Source of the DNA: Camelus ferus | Taxonomy: Eukaryota | Direction of reading: 5' to 3' | Assembly (NCBI RefSeq): GCF_009834535.1 | Contig: NC_045697.1 | Location: 65,970,001-66,034,000 of the forward strand | DNA length: 64,000 nt | In this document: in pieces, positions 38,251 through 52,439 of the stretch | How positions within the stretch are numbered: position 1 is the first letter of the stretch | Layout: each line of letters opens with the position of its first letter | The notes under the pieces: generated by a model | What the model was told of the DNA's origin: nothing | The model's database searches: none | What the model saw: only the letters and a program-made list of their open reading frames with translations | Translations under genes and position numbers: made by a program

Positions 38251-40689
38251 GTTCAATATGGCTAGAACAGGAAGGAGCAATACTGAAAATTGAGGCTGTA
38301 GTGGTAAGATCATGGAAAATCATGAGTTGGGACTTTAGTCAATGGCCTGATGGTAAAGTACTGAGGATTTTTTGTTTGTTTGTTTGTGTTTTGCTTGGTT
38401 TTGTTTTGCTTTGATTTTAAAGCAGAGAAGTAACTGGATTGGATTAGCTCTTTAGAATCTAAGGTGGATTATGATGCAAGGCAGGGAGTTAACTGGAGGA
38501 GAGTCAAGCTGAATTTCCACAAACCAAAGAGAGGATAGTTCCAGTCAATGTGGTGAGACCTGAAGGTGGGATAAGCTAAGGTAGTATAAATGGAACACTC
38601 TGGTTTCTCTTAAAATCACACAAATCTTCCGTCTTTTCTCCAGGGGTCTTATAAATACAGCTACCTCTCCTCACTGTTTACCAACACATTGCAAAGGTTT
38701 TTATTCCTTGGCTCAGTTTTTGTTCCCTGCTTTTACTTAATTTAACCTAGATTCACTTTTTAAATTTGTTTTTAGTATCGTTCACATCAAAATAGAAAAT
38801 TGTGTGACTATTGCGTAGCTACAAAGTATATTCAGAGAGTGTCACACTTGTATTGATAACCAAGAGAAATACAGTATCTGCTCTCACTTGCAAGGTCTAG
38901 TTCACTGATTTGGAAGAGCTGTTCCCAGTGTCTGTAGATTTCAACTGCTACTGAGCAGCTTTTACACAAAGCAATGTTTTCCTGTTCTCTACTCCTTAAT
39001 TTACTTAACAAACTAATATTTTGTTTTTACTGCTTTTTAGGGTATAGATTTTTATACAATAAATACAAATTTTTCAAGACAGCAGCTGCACCAGCATTAC
39101 ACTTGTGCTGGAAGAACAGGGTCGTCAAGGTTATACCAAATTGCTTGATGATGGATTATCCCAGACAGCATTTCCCGAAATCTTTATACAGTATGTCACA
39201 AACAGGTCAAAGATCATGTTACTCTTCTGCTGGCCCTCTGTCTTGAGATGCTCGCTCTCACTCTGGGTTATGTACCAGAAGAAGGCAAGAGAGTTTACAG
39301 AGATTTAAAAAATAAGTCACATGAGAAGACCTAAGAATGCAGGCACCTAAACTGCAACTGAAATGTTGCCTAGGAACCTAGCAATATACATCAAATGAAG
39401 GGCAAGCTAAGATATAAAATAACTGTTAAATATTAAGTGAGGTGGGTCTCCTTGATTTGGCAAAGTGCAGAGTGACTTCAAAGTAATTTGTTATCTACAG
39501 AAAGCAAAAGAGTTATTTTGGCAAATGAGGAAACAGTGCTAAAACAATATTTCTTTCATTTCCAAGAATTCTTCTGTCTACAGTGTGCTGCTTAACTCTG
39601 TCATAGCACGATCCCTCCCTCCTAAGAATTCCATGTGATTTAAAGCTCTTCCATATTAAGCTTTATGTCTTAATGTTATACGGAAATAAACTTTGAAATT
39701 ATAGTAAAAATATTAATTTGACATTTATTCATCTCATTTCACTTCAAAGTTACAAAAATATCATTATTTTGAAACTATTTTGGCAAACTATTTTTAATAT
39801 CATTCTAATAGCAGCTACTCCAGTTACATATAATAAATTTTAAAAACCCTTGAATTACTCTACAGAATACCTCACATATATCTGCCAAATCTCACATAAC
39901 ATTTACTGAAATAGGAAAAATGCTTTCTTCACTCCTCAGTGACACAGTGTGCAAACTGCTGTGTCAATCACTGTGTCAAAATTGCTATTTTATCTCAATC
40001 CAGGAAGAAATAATTTTCCTTACCTATATTCCTAAACAACCAGTGATAGTTTACATAATATTAATAAGAATATGTAAAAATCCTTAAATATGTATTTATA
40101 CCAATTTTATCTTTCTATTGTCAAAATGAAATATTAGAAAAAACTTTTAATTTCATGTTCTTTATATTTTTATCATATTTTTTCTTGCCAGAACTGAAAA
40201 TACTAGATATTTTGTAAATATTATGTTAGATATCCAATATAGAAACAATCTTTGTGCTCTGAAATTATAAACAGATTAAATGTCAAAATAAATTTATAAA
40301 AGTCATCAAAGTATTATAATACTTTATAATCATTCTACAAATAGAATCTAATCTATCAGATTCTACCTCATTCTTTTAAAAATGAGTTAAAGCAGCACTT
40401 CAAAATATGTAAGTAATCACTCATGTTATATATTTTATTTATAGTATCTTATGTTAAAGTAAGAACTTAAATATGTATATGCTTTCAAGAGTGAGGAATC
40501 TCATCTTCAAGTAACCACTAGGACAGTGTTTCTAAAAGAAGTTGAACTCCCCGCTACATTGCCCAAGGGCAATCAACCTCCTCTAAGCTTTGCAATCACC
40601 CTGAGTTGACCAAAAGCTTGTATTGACTAGACACTGAAAAATAGAGAGGGCCTGCACAGGGCTGATTGTGCTGGGGGATATAGGTATTG

Positions 40690-40930
40690 CAAAGCAGTTA
40701 GAAGCACAGACCTGGAGTGATTACTACCTTTTTAATCCCTGCTCTACCATTTGCTACATGTATGATCTGGAGCAAGTTATGTAACTTTTCTAAGCTTCAG
40801 TGTCCTAATCCATAGGTCAGAGGGCACACCTTCTTCTTAGGTTTATTGTGAACATTCAATGACGTAGTCCACGAACCACACTTGATATAGTGCTTATCAC
40901 AAAGTACAGGCTACACAGGGGAGATGTTAG
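40690..40930 (+). mobile_element. MIR SINE
   Basis: aatccctgctctaccatttgct..gagcaagttatgtaacttttctaagcttcagt. Confidence 0.75.
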
Positions 40931-41070
40931 TCAAACATAAGACTAAAGACTAGATGAAGCACAAAATCTCTTTCTGGCTGTAAAGTTCTAGAACCTCTCA
41001 CAATGATCTCTCTGACAATATTAATTCTAGTTAGTGAATAAATAGAGCACATTTTCCCTAGTGCAGTATC

Positions 41071-41108
<38 letters not shown>
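41071..41108. repeat. (TAGA)9 microsatellite
   Basis: directly visible. Confidence 0.95.
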
Positions 41109-41419
41109 TACAAGTTAAGAGTGGAGTAGTAATCTAAACCTGTACTTCTCATTTGCTTTGTGGAGAAGTAGAGCTGGTCCATTTCAAAAACGTAGCAAGT
41201 GAAGAGAGACGGAAGCTAGTTAAAACCCCAGAGCTGATGATTAGCAGGTTTGCTCCCCTTATAAACTACAATTTAATTCATTGTTCTTTGGAGATACAGT
41301 ATATAAATTCAAGTGTAAAAGATAATAATTCAATAGTAGGAAACTTGTTTTATTCAAATATCTCCATGGGAGGACTTGCCATATTATCCTGTATTCTTTG
41401 AAAGCAAGGATAATAATGG

Positions 41420-41620
41420 TTAATAATTCCAACTATTGACAAGTTACTATGGGACAGGAACTACGCTAAGCACACGGCATGCACTAGTATAATTTTCATT
41501 AAAATCTTGTTAAAAGGCTCAGAAAAATTAGATAATTTTCTTGTATCTGCAGTTATTAAGAGGTAGAACTAGGATTCAAATCCAGGAGTGATGAATTCCA
41601 AAAATCCTGTCCTTCCACTA
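41420..41620 (-). mobile_element. MIR SINE
   Basis: tactatgggacaggaactacgctaagcac..ggctcagaaaaatta..ctaggattcaaatccagg. Confidence 0.65.
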
Positions 41621-42649
41621 AGCCAAATAACTCCCAGGAATCACTGAACAACTCTGATCTTTCTCATGACAAGATACTACCTGTTTGGTTGTCCTGGCCT
41701 CCATGACATGGTGAGACAAGTGGTGCCACTGGGACCCATGTTGTCAGTTCTGGGCACATTTATTGCACCTGTTTTAAGGCATTTGTTTTTCTTATGATGC
41801 GTAGAGGAATGATACCAAAGGAAGATTTGTCTTTATTTGCTAAACAAGAACATGGGAAATTTAGCCAGCACAAGAAAATTAGCTAATCTCATTATTTTTA
41901 CCCCAATTGTGTCATACAGAAATGATTTTGAATAAAACAGCAATTCCACTTCCAAGACTGATTTGGTCTCTCAAGTCTCTGATACTGTGCTCACAGTACC
42001 AACTGTCTTCATGCCTCTTGTAGTATCTGACCACCTGTACTGAAACTAATCATTTCCCTTCACATAGAGTTATCTAAGGTAAAGAGTTGCTAAAACAGCT
42101 TTTGGTCATTTTCACCATCATCTGGAATCTGAGATTGTAACATAATGTAGAGTGTTATTCTATGTCCAGTCTTTCTGTGTCAATCCCCACTTGCCTTTTT
42201 ACTTCAGGATAACAAAATAAGGATTCCTAATTATAACTGAAATAATTCTAAGTTCATCTCGGCTCACTTACAAACAGCATAGGTATGATTCTGATCAGCA
42301 ATGGATATGAAGTGCCACTCAGTTTACATTTCTTATTGTCACACTGGCCAGCCCACAGAGTCTTTAGCTTATTCTCAATGCTCAAAGCATAGCTTATTTT
42401 TGAGGCATCAAGATTTCTAAAACTAAGTGGAAATGTAACCTAAAAGTAGCAACTGAAATTTCATAACTTAATGAACTTATTCCTGCATATTTTAGATGTT
42501 ATCATTTTAAGCAGTAAAACAAATATTCATGCAATTGCAGCTGATAAAAAATAAACTGTTATTAATAAACATGTTAATGAATTTACAGGTAAAACTTATA
42601 TGAAGATTTGCAAAAGGAAATAACAGAATTTTCTGCAATTTGTATTCAC

Positions 42650-42755
42650 CTTATTTATTTAACATATATTTATTGAGCCTCTAATATGTGCCAGGCATCA
42701 TATTTGGCATTGAAGATATAGAAATGAACAAAACAGATGTTATCTCTGTCCTCCT
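42650..42755 (-). mobile_element. L2 3' terminus
   Basis: tttaacatatatttattgagcctctaatatgtgccaggca..aaatgaacaaaacaga. Confidence 0.75.
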
Positions 42756-45039
42756 GCTGGTCTCCAATGTAAATGATAAAGAAGAAAGAGTACTATAAGC
42801 AAATTCCTTTATCATAAACAAAATGATGAAAAGAGTGAAAATTATAAAGATGTCATTTATGTGAACTTATTGCTGGAAAACTGGAAATAAAAATCCAATG
42901 GGTCTCCATGCACCAGTATTTGTACTCATACTGCAAGGTTTAATAGAATTTCTTAATTTTAGAGTAGAAGACATGTCAAATGCAGTTTACATTTCTCTGC
43001 CAGTAATCATATTTTCTTACAAGTGGCTATTACATTTTTAGAGACAGACACAACAAATAATAAGAGGTTTTATTTGAGAGGAGAAACAAGCATGGGTTTT
43101 TTTTTTTAGATGAAAGGGGTATAATAAATTTATGAGACCTCACATACAGCTATAATACAATAAATTAGAAGGATTAATAGAATTGTGAGCTACAGTAACC
43201 TGCACTAGTAGAATGCCTATTTTATGGAGCTCGATAATACAGTTTATCATTGACTCCATGGGAATTCCCACAATATATTAGCTGTGGTGTAACAATAAAG
43301 CACACACAGTAAGGGGCATGTCCCTTTTGACACACATTCTCTTCCCACACTTATTTTACCAGGGAAACAACTCTGGTGCAGTTTAATTAAACTGCTCTGC
43401 AATGAATTAGTCCAGGTCTTAGCCCTCTGACAGAGAGGGGCCTGGCAGTACCACAGGGGTTTGTCCCCTTATGATACCAGAGAGACTTCAGAAAACCTGG
43501 GGGAAAAAAGTGTAGTGTCCCTCAAATGACAGTGTCACTGGGCAAGACTAGAGCTGTCAATCAGGTCACTTAAGGAAGCACTCACTCCCTTTGGAGAAGT
43601 TTTTATATTTCCCCATTTGTTGACTATGGATCAATCTTTTGGGAAACATCTAAATGCCTTGGGAAGGTTATGTTCTATTGCCTTGGTCGGCAACAAGAAC
43701 ATCATTGCTCACTTTAAACAAAAATAGCCTTGTTATTTTAAAGTCCACTGTGTATTCTATAGCTAGCTTAGGAAAAGCAAGCCAGAAAGTAATAACTGGA
43801 AATAAGCTTAGGATGATGATGAATTCAAATAAACTCTACTGCAAATAAGATATGCATAAAAACATTTTCATTTAAAGTAAAAACTCTCCAGCTAAACGTG
43901 ATCTAGAATATCCAAGATCAGAGGTTATTACAGAAGATATGTTATTTCCCCAGAGTTTCTGATCAACAGCGTAGTAAGGTAATACACCCCAACAATGACA
44001 AAGAAAATCTTACATTATTGATGAATATTCTTACTTTATCTGAACACTGTTTATTAATTCATGAGGGTGTTTGGAATTGAAAAATCAAAATTTACAAAAC
44101 AATTACATTTTTAATAACTGCTTCTACCTAGATACATTGAATATTTAAGTGAACGAACACAAAGACCTCAAAAGAATTTATTAGACAATGGCAATTAGAT
44201 CTCTAATAACTTGGCTCCGCTGGAATTACTGAACTCTATTTAGATGCCAGACATGGCACCTTAGTGATGGGTACACCATGTCGCCACCCTGCCTTTGGCT
44301 GAGGACCCTGAGAAATGACAGCCCCATTAGGTGTCATGTAAAGCAGCTGACCTCACACTCTCAGCACTTGATCTCTGCACTGCAAGTGACCATTTGTCAC
44401 TGTTGCCCAGAGATGAAACTCAGGTGTCTCAATGTCACCACTGCCTTTTCAAAAGAATGAGATAATTATAAGTTTTTTCTAAGCCTAGGACAGAAGATGC
44501 AAATTTGCTTAGGAAAATGAATAGGCAAATTAAAAGTAAGGAATAGAAATTCTTACTCACAGGGAAAATGTTTTCTAATCAGTACAAAAATTATCTGGAC
44601 TTGGAACTTTTTGACAAAAGGAAAGACAGGAGATTTATGGTTGACTGAGAACCTTTTCCTATTACAATCTTTTCCTAAGTAGGTAATAGAGAATAAAAGT
44701 CTTTCTACCAGAGCAAACACATTAACAGAGAGCACTCACAGAGGCTTATGCACAAAAAGTGGTATTTCTCTTTCCTTCTCAAACAAGGTATAGAAAACAA
44801 GGCTTAGTTTTCTATAAATTGGGGCTCACATAATAGAAAAAGACCCACCACAATATTTTCAAGCTATGAAGATAATACCTCCTTTAATTTGTTGTGCCTT
44901 AGAAATCCCAGAATTTGAGCCAAATGGTTAGAGACAAGCTCCTCACATTTCCAGTTTTCTGGAGCCTTTATTACTTCAGGTGATTCTGACATCTGTGTTG
45001 ATTTCATAATAGTAGCTCTTGTGTATATTAGTGATCATT

Positions 45040-45275
45040 ACTTGCAGGCACTGTGCTAAGTGCTTAATATAGTCTATTTTGTGAGTGTTTCATTTTAATT
45101 CTCACTAGAAGCATGCGAGTTTGGTATTATTTTCGTCATTTTATAGATAAGCAAACCAAGAGTCAGAAAATTTATGTTATTTGCCCCAAAGCAACAGAGC
45201 TAATAAATAGCAGAGCTTGGATTCAAACTAAGTCTTTCCAGTTTTAAAATAGATGACTTAAACTCTTAGCTACAT
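45040..45275 (-). mobile_element. MIR SINE
   Basis: caggcactgtgctaagtgctt..cattttatagataagcaaacc..gcagagcttggattcaaac. Confidence 0.8.
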
Positions 45276-45730
45276 TATCTCTCGAAATTAAAAGTTTGGA
45301 GATCTTTTCTCACTAGTAAATATTTCCACTATAATCTACTTGAAAAAAAAAAAGTCTAAATTTTTCAACAAGATTCTTAAGAGACTGAGTCATCTCTTGC
45401 CTCTTAGACCCCTCCTATTAGGTTGTGACAGAGGCTGAAATATGTTCTATTTGGGGAAGCCACTTTATTATTTAGACTGAACTTAAGTTTCCTTAGAAAT
45501 AAGGTTGTTCGTATACATTGTGGTCTTGCCCCTTCTTCATGCACCTGTGTCTCCACAGGAAGGGAAAAATAGAAGACTTTTCTTTCCACTGGACATGCAA
45601 CTCTGACACTGAAAACAAAGCATTCCCTTAATTGTCAACAAAAGAAAAAACTGAAACTCAAAAGTTATGATAAGCTGCCTGTAACCATCTTCCTCCTCCT
45701 CATCATCTCCCACCTCCCACCACAACCCTT

Positions 45731-46051
45731 TTTGTTTGTTTGTTTAATTCTCATTTTTTATTGAAGTGCAGTTGATTTACAGTGTTAGTATACCAAAGTG
45801 ATACAGTTATACATATACATACATATAAATATTTTCAGTTTCTTTTCCATTATGGCTCATTATAAGAAACTGAATATAGTTCCCTGTGCTATACAGAAGA
45901 TCCTTGTTGTTTATCTATTTTATGTATAGTAATTTGTGTCTGTTAATTCCAAACTCCTAATCTGCCCTTCCCTTGCTCCCTTTCCTCCCTGGGAACCACA
46001 GTTTGTTTTCTATGTCTGTGAATCTATTTCTGGTTTGTAAATAAAATTCAG
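45731..46051 (-). mobile_element. Cetartiodactyl L1 3' UTR insertion
   Basis: ttattgaagtgcagttgatttaca..gttccctgtgctatacag..ccttgttgtttatctatt; TSD cacaaccctt 45721-45730 / cacaagcctt 46052-46061. Confidence 0.88.
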
Positions 46052-46999
46052 CACAAGCCTTGATTAGGAGAAATAGGATCGCTTTAAAGTTGGAATGTAT
46101 AATTTAATCATTTTAATTTATTGGAATTAGAACACCAAGACCTATATTTCTGTGCATTCAGCATATTGGTTTTAACATCCATGGCCCTTGTTTTCCCAGT
46201 TTATTTTATATTTGCATATTTCCCCATATTATAATATTTATGAAACAAAGTTTTATATCATCCCTTAAACTTTTTATTCTAAAATGCCAAGCATATCAAT
46301 GAAAAATAATTTTTTGACAATTTCAATATTTCCATATATTTAGAACTAATATCTGGCTGACTTTGAATATGGTGGTCTACACTAACACTTTTAAAAAATA
46401 AAGCATAATTTAAAAGTACTAAAAAACTATTAAAAGGCTGAATACACACATGCAGAAAGACTTAAATAAATAGGTGATGTCATATGAAAGAAAGAGAAAC
46501 AGCCAGGAGCCAGAAAGGAGTCAGAACAGGAAGCTTACAAGACACATGGGTTACATGCCCTAGAGGCCAGGGGCTAAGGTTTTATTTTTCAAGCAGTGAC
46601 AAGAGATGTGGCCTTGAACCCAGGCACTGTATAGAGGTAGAAATGAGACCTTTCATGAAATTAAGATCCCAAAAGGGATGTCTCTTCAGTGTAAGATGAG
46701 GATTCCACCCAAAAGTTTGGCTCTACAGCTTAGAAAACTAAAAATTTATTTTCAAAAGCGAAGATTCAGCCTGTGTTATCTTATGGCATAGGAATCCTTA
46801 AGCCAAAAAAATTAGCACAGAAATTTATTCCCAACTCTTTAATTTTAAACAACTGGTCAAGGAAAATGCTAAGCTACTCTGTATTAGCATTATAGAATTC
46901 TAGGTGACAGTTATTTTCCTTCAGCATGATTCTCTAGTCCTGGAGAAACACATAAACAATCATCAGTAAAGCTGATCTGAACTCCAAAGTACACATCTT

Positions 47000-48950
47000 A
47001 GGAGGAAATATTCCAATATGAACACAATAAGCAATACAACAGGGAGTTTAGACTCCTACAGCTTCAGGTAACAAGATAATATGAAAGACACTATAAAATA
47101 AGTACATTTTAAAGAATAAAAACTATAAGAAAAGAAAGAACATTACCTTAAAAAATCAAGATACAGAAAAAAATAAGTATAACTTCAGCAAAAAGAAAAG
47201 GAAATTCTGGAATTAAATATGGAAATTAAAATGTAAAGGATGAATTACACACATAGCAGAATACATGGAGCTACAGAATTAGATTAGAGAACTGGAAGAT
47301 AGCTCTGAAGAAACTACCCAGGGGTAATATAGCAAGAGCAGTGAAGGAATAAGACATATGAAAGAGAACAGAAGAAACATGAGAAATAAAAAGAAAATAT
47401 CCAGCATATAGGATACAGGAGTTCCAGGAGGAGAGAAACATATTCAACAAGATGGTGCTTGATAATCTCTATAATTAATAAATGACAAGAATTATTTGAT
47501 TTAAAAATCACAGAGCCCAAAGCACAATAACAAACATGTATCTACTTCAAAACACCTCTTTGCTGCAATTATAGAATATCAAAACAGAAAGAAAATATTA
47601 AAAGCAGAGAGAAAATTAAAAGCAAATATCTGCAAAAGAATAAATTATACTGTCAATAGACTTATAATAAGCTACAATAGCAGCCAGAAAATAATGCTCA
47701 AGAAAAATAACTGTCAGCCTATAATTCTATAACCAGCTCAAATATCACTCAAAGATAAGGATAAGCTGGTAATAAGAAATACAGGGAATAGAGGAATAAG
47801 TTAAATGACATCATGAGGAAGTAATCAAAAAATTCAGTAAGGGGGTCATTCTCAAAACAACTGGTCTGGTATCTTCAAAAATCAATGTCATGAAAGTAAT
47901 GAAGGAATAGGCTCTATACTAGATTAATAAGATTTAAGAGATACAACAAATAAATGTAGTGTGTAGTTTTGGGTGGAATCCCGGTTTGAAAAAAGAGATT
48001 TTAAGAAATTGGAAAATTTGACAAAATCTGTACATATACATAGTATTAGTTGATATTAGAGAATTGTTGCTAATATTTTTATATATGGTAATGGAATTTC
48101 ATATATATATTGGCCCTATCTTTAGAAAAGCATGCTGAACTCTTTGCATTTAGGGTTGAAGTAGCATGATGTTTGTGAATTTATTTGTAAGTTGTTTAGC
48201 TAAAGTGTGTGTGTGTGTATGTGTGTGCAGGTAGAGAGTGCAAACATGGCAAAAAAAAGGTTAACATAATTTTTTAGTCCAGATAATAACAATATGAGTG
48301 TACATGGTTCTATTTTTCTACTTTTCTATATGTTTGAAATTTTCATAATAAAAAAAAATTAGAGAGAGAGGATAATATTCAAAGGCTGAGGTAGCTTCTT
48401 GTCACTTGCAAACCATACCTAAAGACTTAGTAATAAATAAACTTTGATAAAGAAATTGAACTCGGAAAACAACTGAGAACAAAGAAATCAGGAAGTAAAT
48501 CAATAGAAGCAATGATAATAATGAATACTAGAGAGGGGTAGGTAAAACCAATGATGGAAATAAAACACTCACGAAAATCTGAGGGGTGATTCAAAGAATG
48601 TATCTTAAAAGTTTATAAGAAATTTAAAGATATGTATTAACTTTAAGTTTTTTAAGCAAGTATGAATATTTTAAAAGAAGTATTCACAGGAAGAATAGAA
48701 AAAATTTTATTACTTCAAAAGAAGAATAAAAAAAGAAAATTATAAATAAAATCATTCCAATAGAAAGCAAGAGAAACAAGAGAAAAGTAAATGGAAAATT
48801 AAATACAAGATAGTATAAATAAAAATACTCCAGTTACAGCAATAAGTATAAATGGATTGAAATCACTAGTTAAACAATATTTAAAATGGTAACTATATGC
48901 TATTTATAAGCTAGATCAGTTGTGATCAATATGGATGAATCTCAAAAACT
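47000..48950 (+). mobile_element. Highly degenerate L1ME/HAL1-like ORF1 region with an L1ME 3' end inserted (~47760-48360)
   Basis: gaactggaagatag..gaagaaactaccca, ataggatacaggagttccagg, attctataaccagctcaaatatcactcaa ORF1-like traces; 3' terminus tgtttgaaattttcataataaaaaa. Confidence 0.55.
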
Positions 48951-49029
48951 TAATGTTGAGATTTCTGAAAGTTGCAAAAGGATAAAATGATGCAATTTAT
49001 ACAAATGTTTAATGCACACACAGAAACTA

Positions 49030-49423
49030 AAAGTATAATACACACACATAATACTATTCAGCAATAAAAAGAAACAAACTTTGGTCATTTCTGAAAAGAC
49101 AAAATTACAAAATAGTGGTTGCCAGGGGTTAGGATGGGAATGTAGAGGGGAGGAGTTAGATGTAACTATAAAGAGGTAGCATGAGGGAGATCATTGTGAA
49201 GATGGAATAATTCTGTATCTTGTGGTGGTGATTATATCAACTCACAGGTTATAAAAATGACAGAACTTTATATATGCCAATGTCACGTTCCTGGTTTTGA
49301 TATTGTACTATAGTTACATGACATATAACCATTGGGAGAAACTCAGTAAAGGGTACACAGGACCTCCCTGTACCATCCTTTGCAATTTCTTATGTCTATA
49401 ATTATTTTAAAATAAAAAAGTTT
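49030..49423 (+). mobile_element. L1MC/MD 3' end
   Basis: gtggttgccaggggttagg..gcatgagggagatc..ggaataattctgtatct..accattgggagaaact..gggtacacaggacctc. Confidence 0.8.
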
Positions 49424-49440
49424 TTAAAATACTACACCTG

Positions 49441-49574
49441 AGGGGGGAGAGTGTTGCTCAGTGGTAGAGCACATGCTTAACATGCACGAGGTCCTGGGTT
49501 TAATCCCCAGCCCCTTCATTAAAAAATAAATAAATAAACATAATTACCTCCTCCCTAAAAATAAATAAATAAAA
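49441..49574 (+). mobile_element. tRNA-derived camelid SINE (Vic-like)
   Basis: gctcagtggtagagcacatgcttaacatgcacgaggtcctgggtttaatcccc; TSD ttaaaatacta(c/t)acctg 49424-49440 / 49575-49591. Confidence 0.92.
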
Positions 49575-49897
49575 TTAAAATACTATACCTGTTTTTAACT
49601 AAGTATGTATAGAGTAAAAGTACATAAATGTCTTGGCATTGAATTTTTCTGATTGTTTCATGCTTGATACTTAATATTTATAAAGTAATAATAGCAGTGA
49701 TGCAGAAGATAAGAAATGTAATAGCTTACAAACAAATAAAAATGCTTGATCCTGGTGTAGTGCTAGAATAACAACAGGCACAGGCAAACTAAGCAAGATA
49801 TTTAGACATTCTCTAGTTTTGTGATATTCTTAATTCATTTAACTCCAATCTCAGAGACTCCGAGGGAATTATAATATTCCAGCTTGAGCAGAGAACA

Positions 49898-50909
49898 CAG
49901 GCAGTCCTGACTTTGCATGCTTCCTATACACATAGATTTTAGTTACCATGGATTGGTTAAATAACACCTGTCCCCTACCAATGATCAAATTTCAGTTACT
50001 ACAATATCTTCAATGTAAGAAACTGCACAAAGTATAAACTTCCCTTCTCACTCTTCAGTCCACAAATCACTACATAAATAAAAGATGAACATCATGATCA
50101 GTGAGCAATCACATCACTTCTTTTCAAAGTCTGTTGGTGATTGATCACTGAGCATCTGTTACTCAGTTCACACACAGACAGTAAAGTGTGTAGTTGTGCT
50201 GTCTTCTTGTCTCTTAGTGACAAACTCAGGTGACATCTTACAAAAATAGATCATCAAAAGAGGGAACTGGCCAATGAAGATGAAAATGCAACTAAAAAAA
50301 AAAGTGGAGATGCTGGAAATTAGAATCAAACATAAATGCAATTGTAGAAGGAATAATTGGTCATGTGAATGTAGACACTGTCACCATTAGAGACTCCAGC
50401 AAGAGGAACTTAGTGAAGGCAAATATAAATGGGAAATGAAAAGACTGAAGATGTATCAGAGAAAGTGACTCAAGCAAAAAGCTTCACACAACAGGAATTC
50501 TCACTGTTGAAATGCATAGGATAAAATCTTGGAGGTTGATCTAAACGTTAAAAGGAGTATGACAACTGACCAATGCAGAGAAAGGATCCTCAGTTCTTAC
50601 TGCAAGTTATACATATGAAGACAAGCATTGTCCAAACTACTCTACATAAGTTTTCACAAACAAATAAAACACATTAACTCTCAATATTTCTAATGTTTTA
50701 TGTTATGGTGTACTAAACATTCATTTTATTATTTTTTGCATGTCGCTGTTCATGTATCCAAGTGTATAAGCAACAGTAGGAGAATTTTTAATGTTTTGAC
50801 AAAAATGTTTAAAGATCACAGAACAATCATAATTTCTTCTCATTGATTTTAGGATTGTTTGCACAGTTATTTTTACTGCCTCACACTGCTGTGCAAAGAA
50901 GTCTGCCTA
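49898..50909 (+). mobile_element. Tigger (Tigger13a-like) non-autonomous DNA transposon
   Basis: TIRs caggcagtcctgactttgca..tgcaaagaagtctgccta, TA at right flank, internal inverted repeat cagtgagcaatcac..gtgattgatcactg. Confidence 0.75.
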
Positions 50910-52439
50910 TATGTAAAGGAGATAATGTACTGGTGCATACATTGAGTAATGAATCCATTTCCCTTTAATACATTTTCTATATGATTTAGAAGATAAATAA
51001 AACAAACAGGACGTAGGCTTCTCTACTGACCCTGTGTGCTGTCATTTGACAGTCAAATCCCATTTTTAATGGTCCTTCGTATTTTTGAGCCATAGAATTC
51101 TTGCTTTAAATGAAATCTGAAGGGAAACAACTTATTAAACAACAAATCAAGATTGTACTTAAATTTATTTTTATAGAGCTAATTAAGGAGAATTATGATG
51201 AATTAATGACTATATGAGAACTATAGTCATTTCAACTTAAGCACCAATTTTTCCCTACATTTTTTGCTCATTATTCTGAGACACAGAGAGATGAATAGCT
51301 GCAAATGCTACCAGTTCAAGCTACTCTTATCTCTGAATATACTTCAATTAATTGGAGATGGTTAGTTTGCCTATTTGAGTTTGTGTGAAATGTGAAAAAA
51401 GCCTTAGATGGTCACTTTATTCCAAAATATACACGAAAATTTTTAAAAGGAAAAGGAAACAAAATAATTATCAGAATTATAAGTGAGAATTAGTAAAGAA
51501 AGAGGTTTATATAAGAATTCTTTATAGTAACTAAAAATTTTCAATGGATTTGACTTAAATATCTAAATGTAGATGAATGATTATGCAAAATCTGGTAAAT
51601 TCAGAATGGGATATTAAGCATCCATAAAAACTTTTGTTTAGGGAAAGTTTTCAATGAGAGGAAATGCATATAATTGAAACAAAAAGACTGTAAGATGATA
51701 CATGTAATACAGCTATGTTTTTTAAAATGCACTAAGATACTAAATAGTAATGTAATACTACTAATTGTACCTGGAAGGTGGAGTTGTGAATGTTGGACTG
51801 ATTAATGGGTAGAAGGATTGCTCTTTGCATCTTTACACTTTTCAACGGTTTCCAAAATATAAATTACAATAAACATATTTTTAAATACTTCTCTAATAAA
51901 AATTGCATGAAATAAACAAGCCTCCTATTTTGCACTAGAGGGGGTTCTCAAAACACCCTTGCAGCTTGGGCAATAATGCAGAGACTCTTCTTGGTAAGGA
52001 ACTTTCTGAGAGAGCTTATCTACTTCATACTTAGGCCCCATCCTCAGAGATTAAGTGCAGTAAGGAAAGACAGGAATCTATGACACCACAAAAGCAGCTG
52101 CCCGCAAATTCTGCAGCAACTCTTCCCCAACCCTACTCTTGCTCCCATCACCTCATACTCATAATGGAGAATTTGCCAGAATGGAGTTTGCCTGTGACTT
52201 TTGTGTCATTTACTGTTTTGCAACAACTTAACATGATGGAAAAATACTAAATGATTCCTGCTAAATTGGGTTATAGCTTATAAAAATAAGACTTTAGTAA
52301 AACAGTATTATTTTAATAAGGAAAGGCTTAGGACAAATGATTACTCTCTTAAAATGCTAAATAAATAATCAAATCAAACCAAATGAAAAGAAACAAAATC
52401 AAAGAGAACAACAAATTATCATCAATTTACCATAAGTCA

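Noticed and set aside
38974..39308. Plus-strand acceptor (ttttactgctttttag at ~39040) with overlapping ORFs
   Set aside because: No good donor follows and none of the translations is recognisable; not supportable without conservation data.
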